From: Klebsormidium nitens
Taxonomy: Eukaryota > Plantae > Klebsormidiophyceae
DNA length: 64,000 nucleotides
Direction of reading: 5' to 3'
Assembly (NCBI GenBank): GCA_000708835.1
Contig: DF237314.1
Span: 27,927 to 91,926 of the forward strand
Part shown: in pieces, positions 48,001-60,000 of the stretch
How positions within the stretch are numbered: position 1 is the first letter of the stretch
How the letters are laid out: each line of letters opens with the position of its first letter
Made by a program: the position numbers and the translations under genes
Notes under the pieces: generated by a model
The model's input: only the letters and a program-made list of their open reading frames with translations
The model's database searches: none
Told to the model about the DNA's origin: nothing

Positions 48001-51000
48001 GAGTGTAAAGAGGTTCCAGCAAAAACAAGTTCTCTGCTGGCAGCGTTTCCAATGATTGCATTGGTAATTGCCTACCGGGAAAGAGGAAGGTCTAGCTTTA
48101 AGAAGGAACTCCACCGGAATGAGGTCCAGGCGATCGGCGTTCTCACGGATCACCTCGGAGATTGCCAACCGGGGAAGAAGGAGGGTTGGTTTAGACGGTG
48201 AGTTGGGTTAGCAAAGGGCCTCTGGTCCAGGTGCTCCGCGTTATCGCGGATCGCCTCCGTGATTGCCAACCGGGGATGAGTATGAGGGCGTAAGAACCCA
48301 ATGAATCGAAGCACAAGCTTTCGAATGGACGAAGATAGTTTTCGGCTCGTCTAATTTGGTTTCAGCTGTTCCTTTCTTGCGCTGTCAGGTCGCACGTTTT
48401 GCTACTAAACCGCCTGAGAAGGACTATAGAAGCGGGTTCTTGCTTTTGAATCCATGACAGAAGGTCTGGAGAAATGCAAGATTCGACCAAGGTTCGGCCG
48501 GCCTACGAGCGGCGAATGCTATCTCCCCAAACTCATAGGAGAGTCCATCCGTCCTTCGAGTCATTCCGTCCGGGCTCAAGGGTGGCACCTACGCCCGGGC
48601 AAAAATTCCCCTCACCTCGTAGTCGGGCTTGGGAAGGGTGACTCCGGGGAAGAGATCCGCCATGATGCCCTCGAAGAGCGGAATGTCGTGGCTCAAGAAC
48701 TTGGGCAGATTCACATCGCGGATCGCGCGCAGCACCAGGACCGCCTCATCCTCGTCGCGGTAGCGCCGCTTCAGGTTGCCGGCCGCGCGCAGCACCGCGA
48801 TCACCGCGCGCATGCCTGCAGGGTTCGGAGATTAAATGGGTTAGGTATGGTTGATTGCGATTCGCCGAGAGTATTTCATGTTGTGGAGGAATAAAGGGGT
48901 TCCTTTGCTGACAAAGGTTTGTGAAAATTGAGACAAGATTTCTGAGACATACAATGTACCAATTGAGAATTCCCAACGGTGCGTGTGTGCCTCAAATATG
49001 TGCAATCAAATGATTGGAAATCCAGAAGCGAGTTCTGTTGTACCCACAAACAGCAACTTACTATGTTCATCATCGTTTCTCGCGCTACGGTTATGCTTCA
49101 GCTTAGATTTCTAGTGCCAGAGGGAAAATCCGATGCAGTGTTTCTCACCGTAGTCGTAGTGATCCTGCGACGAGAGCTGCTCGCTGCACAGCCGGTAGGT
49201 CGCGACCAGTTTGCGCGCCATGTCGCGCGCGCGCAGGTAGCCGTACGAGTACAGAATGATCTCGCTGCGGGAACGAAGAGCTATGCGTTACCACAAAGCC
49301 AGCAAGAAATGATCCTCTTTGGAATGCGACGCTACCTGAGTGTCACTTAGAAAGTACACACAAAATTTTGAGGAAGAAAGGAAGAGAAAGTTTTCTGTCG
49401 CATGTAGTAGATATTCTTTGCAAATATAACATTACAAAAGTCTGCGAAGCCTGACATACTTTGGAACCACTTGAATTCTTGCAGATGGGCCGCTTAAATG
49501 TGCATTTACCAGCATGGAATATGCCCGTGCCTTTGCCAATGGTCCAAGAAACGGACGAAGGCAATTCACAGCCAACCCGTTCCGCTCACCCGATCATTCC
49601 GTAGTTGGGCACCATCATGGCCACCGGACGGAAGAGCGCCTTGAGATTGTCGGGCAGCTCGCTCCGTCCAGCGTACCCGGGGTTCATGGTGATGAAAACG
49701 GAACACGTCGGAATGAGCGGAAGCTCCGTGCCCTCAAACATGAAGCTGGTCACCCCGGCCATGATGGCACGCTGGATCGTCAGGATCTGCTGGGCGACCA
49801 CGGACAGCACCTGCGCGGGCAAAAGGTCGCCGTTTGATCTGCAGTTACATTTAGGCGTTTCCGAGGGAGAGTGGAAAGAGACGATCTCTTTCTATGACGT
49901 GCTGAAGGAGCTCAGAAGGAGTGGGACCAGTCGTATTCAGGTATACTGCGTGTCACCTCAAGAAAGGTGGCAGAAATCCTATGCTTAATGACTCTTAGTC
50001 GTTAAGCGCTCCTCTATACTTCCGTACAGACGCATGCTTCCTTGACCAAGTAAGTTCGATTAATGGAGTAGAGTTGACTTAGACAATAGGTGTTTCAGGA
50101 CTTCAACGACACTTCGGAGGGCCATATGGGTGCCCGCTGCTGCACAAGCCCTTACTTCTCCATACCAGATCCTTGCGGGATTCAAAAAATCCTTGTATCT
50201 AGATCAGAACAGTTATCAACATTGCAGAGTCCCGTCTTTTTCCTCACCTCGAGGTCGATTCTGTTGAACTCGTCGAAGCAGGCCCAGGCGCCGCTGCTGG
50301 CGAGCCCCTTGAAGAACTTGCCCATGGCCAGATAGTCCAGCCCGTCGCTGCAATTGAACACCACGCACTGCATCGCCAGCGCCTGCGGAGCGCGCGGCCG
50401 CGAGCGCGGGTCAGCTCTCGAAGGATTTGAGCTTTAGGGTTTGAATTCTTTTAGGGCTTACGCTTTGGGGGTTCTGGGCTAGAATTCAGGGTCTGGGGTT
50501 CTGAGTGCGTTGCAAGAGGGAGAAACGACCGAGCAATGCGAAGAAGCGAATCCTGAGGAGTGCTCTAAAGGCGCCTCGAGGGAGGGAAGACGTAGTAAAT
50601 CTGGTCTGAGGGGGCGAGTTAGGACCCTTACAACATTCGAGACAGGTTGTTGTTGCTCAAGCGGTTTTATTTTACCGGTTACCATCATCAGAATCGAGGA
50701 AGGGACAACCGCATATGCACAGAGGCGAGACTTATGCGCCCACCTTCGCAAGGTCCTTGGTGGTTTCCGTCTTTCCGGTTCCGGCCGGGCCTTCCGGCGC
50801 TCCGCCCAGGTTGAGATGAAGAGCGCCCATGAGCGTACGGTAGCAACGGTCGGTAAGGGGGGTGATGACCAGCCGGCTGCTGTTACCCAGGTACTGCAAA
50901 ACAAAAAGAAAGCAGGTTAATGAAGCGAGCCTTACAGTAGAGGCAGAAAGGGAGTCTTGGACTTACTTTTCTTTGGTGTGGTGAAACCTGTTGAATTTAC

Positions 51001-54000
51001 AATTTCATTGCGGCTGCAAGGAAGCGCTCGGAAAAGCTCAATGACAAAACGTGAGAATTTATTTGATCAGGTGGGTGCACAAAGCAGGGAAACGGGTCGG
51101 CAAGTTGGGTCTGAATTTCCGTGGTGAGGCGGTCTTTGAAGCGATTCCGAGCACCTAACAAATGCACGAAATCACCCCAGATTTAACCCAAGAGATTGCA
51201 TTCTTAATCCCACTTTTGCCTCTGCCTTGTCCAACACATTCCAATCCTCTCCACCAGTAAATCACGCCTATAAGCACAACAACGCCCCAAAGAACCTGGG
51301 AGAACATCTGTGAACTCGTTTCTATTTCAAGCCGCCGCTGATAACCCCCTTATGTAGACCGCTCTCCAAACCCACCTCGTAACCGTAGTTCTTGGCGGCG
51401 TTGATCATCTTAACCACGACCGCGCCCTCCTCCATCTCGTAGCGCAGCTGGGAGAGCCACTCGAAGTCGTTCTCGCTGCCCACGCGCGCGTCGGCCATGG
51501 CGGCCACCACGTCGCGCGCGTGCACGTCGATCACCACCAGCGCGCCGATCGTGCTGCGCTCCATCGCGCCCAGCTCGCCGCGCACCTGCGCGCGCGGATT
51601 AGGATTTCAGCCCAGGTCGTAAACGTGAAAGGACCACCCTAGAATTGTTTCATATCTGCACTTAGATGGACGGGACGCCCCTCAAGCAACTTTGCGTAAG
51701 AATCTTGGAAAGAATGTGGTGTTGCAGCGAAGGCGAAGACGCTTCTGAATAGGTTTTTGCAAACATGCGGTCTGAAAGCGTTCAGAATATGCGGTGCAAA
51801 CTCGTCCTACGTAGAAAGAGCTTAAGATCTCCCTTTTCTGATTTCATGGTGTTTGTCAGGAGTAATGAGTAGGTCGTGAGTACCCGGAAACCGTGTTATA
51901 TGTCCATTACGAGCATCTTCGCACGCGCACTTTGCAACTTAAGAAACCAGAAGTTGGAGGTTTGTTCAGTCCTAGTTATTTCTCGCATAACTATGCCGAC
52001 AAAAACGGCGCGATCTTCAAGTTTCCCTCACCAGATTGACGACCTCGTTCAGCTGCGCGGTGCACTTCTCCTCGTACTGCTTGAGCCCCTGCGCGCCGCC
52101 CGTCCGAATCGCTTCGGACACCTCGCGCGTCCAGTGGATCTGGCTGCCGCACAGGACCACCATGCCCGGCCACTGCAGGATCCACTGGCCACGTGGCACC
52201 ACCGCATAGGCCGCTACCGCGTTGCGCACGCTCTCCTTCAGGCTCTGTAGTTGGAAGAGTGGATCAGTGAAGAATTCAGTCAACATTGTCGAGTCTTTCT
52301 GCTACGGATTTGGGAAAAAGTTTCCGGTGACGAATTTGGCGCGTGCAACGGCCGTAGGACTTGATACCCGACTTTCTGGGTCTCTTGACATTTATTCACA
52401 CAAAGATTCCAGACCGATACCAAAAGTAGGGACATCCTTATACCCCACAGAAACCCTGACGGCTCGAAGCCTTTGCATTATTACCATTTGGTTACTGGCA
52501 AGGAATGCAGCTTTTCTTTTCCGACGGCCGAATTCGTTTTTGTTTCCAGGAAGAAGTTGGATTTGAGGAGTAATTCCTGATTGCCCACCTCCTTCATCAT
52601 CTTCTCCACCTCGATGAGCCACTTCTCGACGTTGCCGCCCGCGGCCTTCGGGTTGGTCGTGCGCGTGAACGCGACGCGCTCCTTCTCCACGCTGAACATC
52701 GCCGCGATGTCCATGTTGTCCTGCAAACGACGCCAGCGTGACGTCAGCTTCGACGAGCAGCGGCGCGCGCTCTATACATCTCGAAAACATTCAGATCCGC
52801 CAAGGGAACGAAATCATGGCAGACAGAATGGCAGACAGAGAGGGAACTTTGAGGCACCCAAGTCCTTGAAGAAAAGCGGGATGTCAAACCTAAGCTTTTG
52901 ACTCAAAGATCGAAAAGCAGCACAACTTCGATCTTGTATATGGGCGTAAAAGTCTGCAGAAAGTAGAAGCTCCCACGTTGCACAACTTGTTTCGCAAAGT
53001 GCCACAAGCCCATCTTCGAAACTCACTCCATTCTTTTTATAAATCTGAAGCTCACAAACACAAGTCCTGAATTCATCACGGAGAAATTAAGCCAAAGCTT
53101 GTGTCTCCAAGTTCAAGCAACCGTCATAGCCACGCGCGCGCGCACCTTGAACTCGAGGCTGTGGATGCCCTCGAAGCACTTTTTGAGGAACGGCTGCACG
53201 CGCAGCGGGTCTTTGGTCTCGCTCAGAATCTCCAGCAGCTCGTCGTTGGAGAGGAAGAAGAAGCGCGGGAAGGCCAGCCGCTTGGTTTCCAGGTAGTAGT
53301 TGAGCCCCTTCTGGATGATGTCCAGCGACTCGTTGGCCTTGGTCAGGTCCGCCGCCATGTTGGGCACGTCCGTTGCCTGCAGAGCGCGCGCAAAAGGTTT
53401 GAGGTTTTAGAAGAGGGATCAGACCTACAGGATTTTGGCACGGCTTCAAGTTCGAAAGGTCGAAAGTTGGTGGCTTGTCCTTGATAAGCTACCACTGCGT
53501 ATGTATCCGCACTGGTTTGTCCACAAGATTGCTTCAAATGTACATATTGAGTCGTTTCTAGGTGCTTGGGCTTCCAAGCTTCCTGCTTGCACTTTCTGGC
53601 TGACTCAAGCGCATTCTGGAATCAATCACGTTTCCGTCCTATTATGCAGATTCTTCATTAAAACCTAGGGCGCAGCAAAAACTCAACTCACAGGATTAGA
53701 TTAGTCTATTACGATAATTCTTACAGTACCACCACCGTTCAATGTTTTGCAGGTCATTCAAGACCCGCGCGAGCACCTGCTGAATTCAACGCTGCGCAAT
53801 CCAAGCTGCGAATCCGTCAGCAACCGATCATTGACCCTCACCTCGAGGAAGGAGTTGCTGCGCGAGGCCTCTTCCATGATGCGCCGCCAGACTCCACAGC
53901 CCGCTGGAACAAGATTACCGTCACTTATGTCCTTCGCTGACGTCACGACAACCCACAAAGCATATAAAACAAACCCACAAAAACCCTAAACCCTCACCTC

Positions 54001-57000
54001 GAGGAATGAGTTGCTGCGCGAGGCTTCCTCCATGATGCGCCGCCAGACGCGGTCGACGTCGCGGAAGCGGTGGCCCTCCTCGGGCATCTGCTGCAGAATG
54101 TCCTCGCTGCCGAAAATGGGCTCCAGGTACAGCCACGTGGCCTGCACCTTGAGCCACGCGTCCAAAATCTCCTGCATGCCCAGCACCTGCAAAAGGGCGG
54201 CCACGTGGTCAAACCATATAAATCTTCCAAGACATTTGGCAGAACGCTGACAGAAATAATGAACGGACTTGAATGCCTTGTTGCGAGTTAAAAGGGTTTA
54301 TCTCGACTTAAATTGTGCCAGCGAGCGAATGCGACCATTCGACGTTCTTTGACGCATTCTACGTGGTCTCAAGAGCTAAGCTGTAAAGATACGCTTTCAC
54401 CTCGCTTCCGGTTTTGACTGCCTGATCTGACTTGGTAGAATCTTATTTTACCGTACTGAACACGTAGTCATGGGAACAAGAGCGCTTTTGAGCCGTTCAG
54501 CTGCTCTCAAGAAGGAAACAGCCGAGCAGAAAACCGAGGACCGGAGCAGAGCCAAGGCGCAAGGAATTACCAGATACGGTAATGGGAATCTGCTATTTGA
54601 TTACCGGACGACTTACCTTCCTCTCCCACTTGGTCATCCTGTCCGCGAACGGCTTTGCGTACGGCGATGCGGACATGGTCTGGACCTTGACCACGTGGTC
54701 GTCCAGCAACACCTGCGCCTCGTCGATCGGACCGCCCTTCAGGATGTACGTACCGGTCTCGCGGTACGGTGCCACCTGCAAGAATAAGGGGTTTAAGAGT
54801 TACTGATCTAGCCTTCTGGCCACCTTTCTTGTTGCAGCAACTCGGTCCGTTTGAGGGGTGGACTTATTGGTTTCGTGGTAAGGCGTCACCTGGCGGGGTT
54901 CCGCGTTCAAAGCTTATGAGAATGGGCCCGGCTGAGAAGGCTCCTCAAGTGAAATCAGACCACTCAGATTCTGAGGCCAATGGAGGATGAATGTGAAGAG
55001 CTTATCAGCTTCAATCTGAGTTGAGGTTCAGGATCGCAACGACTTGGGCAGTAAAGACCCCGCTTCGCCAGGTTCTAGTGAGAGCAAGGAGAGACATTAA
55101 GAGTAATTCCAAAAGCATCTTCCGACGATTGATAGTTTCACCAAAGAATGAAGCCACATCGCTCTGTCTTTTCCTTGATACCTACACAAAGCCCCAATGT
55201 TCCACCTACCTCCAGCTTGAGGGGCTCCCACTCGGAGAGCATCTTGTCGAGGCTCTTCTCCAGTGAGAACTCCTTGCTGGCCGCCTCGCTCGTCTCCTCC
55301 AACTTCGCCATGTGGTCGTCCACCTGGCAGCCACGTGTCGCAGCGTGAGCAGATATTGACATCGGGACGTCGAAAGTCTTTGTTTTGAGTGGGCATGTAA
55401 GACGGACTTCAGGCTCTCTTAAACAGCTTTGCCGTCCGAAGATACAAAGGCTGAGACTCGAGCAGTTTTCAAAGAGTCCAGAGGGGTCCTGAACGGCGCC
55501 CCTGCGAAATATGCTCTTGTTCATGCTAGTAATGCTGCGTTATCTTTTTCTGCTATCCTTGAGCATTGGTTGCTTAGCGGAAGTCCTCAATCTGGATTCA
55601 AATTTCTTACTGCTTCATTGTACTGGGCGGACTCCCATAATCTTGACGGAGGGTGGTAAATACGAGGTCTGATTCAAGCACGAATCCGATAGCGCGACTC
55701 GCTCAGCCTGCCCTTGCACCAGATCAACCTATGAGCTGCCTAAACCTCGGTGACCTGACCAGTCGACTCAACTGTCGTAACAGACATTGCACTTTGGAGG
55801 CATTTTACTGAAGACAGGCGGCCAGGAGAAGGGTGGAATTACTTGGTCGTTAGAGCGGGTGCGGGGCGCGTGATTCTTTCGGTTGGGTTCTATTTTAGCG
55901 CCCTGACAACTCGTTTCTCAAGTCAATTGGTCCTAAAGTGGAGAGTGGATCTACCAGCGTGTCCGTCCGCTCACCTTGAGCCTGAGCAGCTGCCTGAACG
56001 TGGTGCCATCCTCGCCCTTGATCTCGAATCCGACGGCCTCCGAGATCTGCGCCCAGTGGCGCGGCCGCAGCCCGCGGTTGCAGAGGCACTGGAAGAGCGG
56101 CAGCAGCAGCTTGAACTTGTCCAGCTGCGCCTTCACCGCGCCGGCGACCCGCGCGGGCTCCGCCAGGTCGGGCGCGTCGCCCAGCTGCTTCACCAGCTTA
56201 TATACTGTGCGCCACATGGTTTGCACCTGGGAGAAGGGAGAGATTGGAAATGCAAGTTAAAGAGGGTTTAAGGTTTGGTGTCTTGATGGCCCGGAGGAAT
56301 GGGTCCTAAGACTACGACGATAGGATGATAGTTTGATCGTCCGGACTGTCCGGCGTCGAAACACAGCCCCTCCAGTGGTTTTACAGAACGATGGCCCTGG
56401 ACGTTTGGCAAGGCTCTCCTTCAAAATTGTGAACGGCAAAATTGACGCCATGTCGCGTTGGAGCTCCTAGTGACATGGATTCTCCCGTACTTTCGATCAC
56501 CGGCTGAGAACAAAACTCTCTCAAGCTACTCACTTTTTCCCAGCGTCCCACGAAGCCGCACGTGCTCTGGAATTCCCCATCGCTGTTTCCAGAAGTCGGA
56601 AACTTGCATCCACATCCGAGAAACGATACAAGATTTGAATGCAACAAGTCTGAGTCCCACCTCGTTGAAGCGTCTCTTCCCTCCGGTCAAGCTTCATGAA
56701 CGGCGAGTTCATTCCCTTCTGATCGACGAAAGAGCTTGAAACGTAGGGAGCAGTCTTCTACTGACCTCGTTTTCGACCGTCTCCGAATTCAGCGTCATGA
56801 ACGGCGGGTTCATCCACTCCGATTCGACGAGAACACTCGAAGAGAAAAAGCAGTCTTTCACTCACGTCGCTGTCGATCATTTGGGGTCCAGCGTCACATT
56901 ATGAACGGCAATGTCAGCGACGCCTACTCGACGAGAAAACTCCCGTTCGGAAATAGAAGTCGAACAGAAAGCGGAGCAGTCTCAAACTCACGTCGTTGTC

Positions 57001-60000
57001 GATCTTCTCCGATTACAGCATAATGAACGGGCGGTTTCATCCACTTCTGTTCAACAACGAAAGAACTCCTGTTCGACAGAGAATTTCGAACAGAAAACGA
57101 AGCAGTCTCAGACTCACGTCATTGTCGATCTTCTCCGGGTCCAGCGTCATGAACGGCGAGTTCATCCACTCTTGTTCACTAGTCTTGAAGCCGGCGGCTG
57201 TGCCCCACAATTTCAGATACGGATCCAGTCCGTCTTTCATGTGGGCGATTTGCGCAAACTTGGTGACTGGCAGGCTGAACAGCGTTTCCTCCGCGTTGAT
57301 CGCCTCCGCGGTGTCGCGCGCGCGCGCGAGCTCGTCGTCGAGCGCGCGCGCGGCCTCCGCATACTGATCCGTGCGCTCGACCTCGCCGTACTTGTCGAAC
57401 GCGCGCACGCGGTCGTTGAGCCTGGGCCCCAATTTAAAAAAAGAGCGTCAGCGATCCGAAGAAAGATTGTCAAGGTGCTATCAGGCTGAGATTCCAAGTG
57501 GTAGTAGTTCCTGATAGTTGCTGCCTTGCCAAGACTTTCACGACAGCTCTTCTGGTGCACCCACTAGATGGGTAGATTGACCTGTAAGAACCTTAAACTT
57601 AGCGCGGGCGGCACTTTACGAAGAGAGGATTGCCTAGCAGAATTCAGAGGGGATAATAAGTTCGAGAGTGAAAAACTTCTGCTTTATGTTACATAAGTAA
57701 GAGAAGCTTGATAGAACGAGGATCGCAGTAAGCCACTCCAGCGCGCGCGCTCACTTTGCCAGCAGCTCCAAGAAGTCCGCGCGCCGCGCCTTGAGCGCGT
57801 TCTCAAAGTGCTCGTGCTCCTCCTCGATCTTTGCCACGTGGATCTCCAGTACGGCCACCAGCTTTTTCGGCCACTCGCGCGCGCCCATCATGAGGCGGAA
57901 GTCCTCCTCGGGGACGTCATACTCGTAGGAGTCCAAGAACTGCGCGCGCGCGGCGCTGTCCGCGAGCGCCTTCTCGAGCGCGGCCATCTCACCCGGGCAG
58001 GAGCCGACGTACCTGTCAATGGTCCGGATTTGTGTCACGAATACAAAAATAAAAGAGGGGGGAAGATGAGGAAGTAACTCCAGTCACTACTATTTACACA
58101 CTCTTGCCGGTACGCTCTGCTTGAGTTGAGCAACTCAGGTACAAGCAAGATTTCTGAAGGCAGTTCACTGTACAAGCTGCGACAGCTGTCCTCGACGTAG
58201 TAAAAATACAGGAAGCGCTTGTTATCAACATTCGATCGCTGGACTCGCGTGCGTGATCTCACAGCCATTGAAGCATCCGACAAATTTTCGACGTTAATAT
58301 ACGCAATCAGGGTAATGATTACAACCTCAGCCCTCACCACTTGTCCAAATAAAGCATCTCCACCGTCCTCCCAAAATTTTGCTGGCGATTCAACGAATTC
58401 TAAACCGTCGGTCGTCCTAAACGACCTGCGGCCGCGCGCGCTCACTTTCGCAGGCGAACGACGTCCTCGGAGTTGTTGGGCAGCTTAGACACTTCCGCCG
58501 CGATGCGGTCGTACCGCTCCACCACATCCTCGTGCTGCTCGCGCATCGCCACCAGCACCTGCGCGCGCGCAACGTGTGTTCAAAGGACTCACCCACCGGA
58601 AAAAAGCATCTGTACTCATCCATTGACGAGTTTCCTGCATTATTTTCGTTCGTTCCCTTTTTGGCTGGTGATGTGAGCGTGCTTTAGGCATCAGAATTAA
58701 GTCCAGCAGCAGTCCTGCTACTGCCCCCAAATAAGCGCACACTGGACTGTGTCAGCAACTCTCGCCATCAGCCGAAATGAGGTTTCAGGCTTAAGGATTG
58801 AGTTGGCCGCACCTATTCAAGCAGCAAGCCCGTGACAGCCTCCGCCTTGGCGGCGAGCGCGGCTCGCTCAAGGAAAGCTGAGTGGCAAAGCTTCAAAGGT
58901 TCAAGGGTTTTAAGGGTCAAAGGGTCTGAAAGTTCAAGGGTTTTGCGTACCTGCTCGAGCAGCAGGCCCGCAACGGCCTCCGCCTTGGCGGCGAGCGCGG
59001 CCTTGAGCTCCTCGCAGCGCACGACGACGAGGCCGCACTCCACCTCGTTCGCGCACAGCGCGAGCGCCTCGGCCGCGCGCTTGCGAAAGTCGTCGATGAC
59101 CGCGGAGTACTCCTTGAGCAGGCGCTGCGGATCGGAACGGAACGGAAGCGGAATGGTAAGTGATAAGTTGGAGAACGGGATGTTGCATGCTGGTCCGTTT
59201 ATATCACTTAAGAAGGTGCCCTTTACATCAGGTTCGAGTCTCTCGAACACTTAGAGTAGAAATTCGAACCCAAAAGTCCACGCGCTCCTCACCCGAACCT
59301 ACCGATATCATCCAACTAACGCAACCCGTCTTCCGGGTGCCATCTTGATGAGACGATAAACCTCTTAGCATTAAAATAAGATTCACTAGAGAAATGTTTG
59401 CACAGCTTTACTTCGGTTGAGTCGTGCTTTGCAGCGACTGTTTGTGCAAGAAGAGAGCTGCTTGCATTCTGCTTTCGTTAGAAGGACACACAGTTGCGGC
59501 CCTCGAAACTCAAAAGATGCCAGGATCTCGGAGTGGGGGGCTCTCAGACACCCGCTTACCTGCCCCCCCTTGACGAAGTCCTTGGCAAAGCCTTCCGCGT
59601 CCATGACCGCCAAATCCTTGAACCTCTCAAACGCGTCCATCAGCTGCGCGGGCGCGCCGCGGTTCGCCGCGACGACGCCCTGAACCGCCACGCGCGCGAG
59701 TTGAACCGGGCCGTCGTCGGTACGTACCGACGCCAGGCAAACCGGGGCCGGGTCGGGGGGCAGGGGGGTACCGTGCTGCCCCTGGCGGAGCTCCACGTCC
59801 GCCCGGGGGATCGTACCGGCCTTGGTGATCGCGAGGTCGAGGACGGACAGCTGGCAAGCACGGGGTAAATGAGGGTGAGATGTTTTGTCAGTCTGCGGCG
59901 TTTAATCATTCGGATTTGCAAACCGTTGTGAACTCGTTCTGTAGTCACGAGTCTCTGATGCTCGTTCAATCGAGACCAATACTCGCAGATGTAAGCTGCG

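Noticed and set aside
41704-57180. Repeat-spacer-like arrays that superficially resemble CRISPR
   Set aside because: The repeats are 50-100 nt copies of the adjacent exon end and splice site, divergent, in spliceosomal introns of a eukaryotic gene, with no cas genes.
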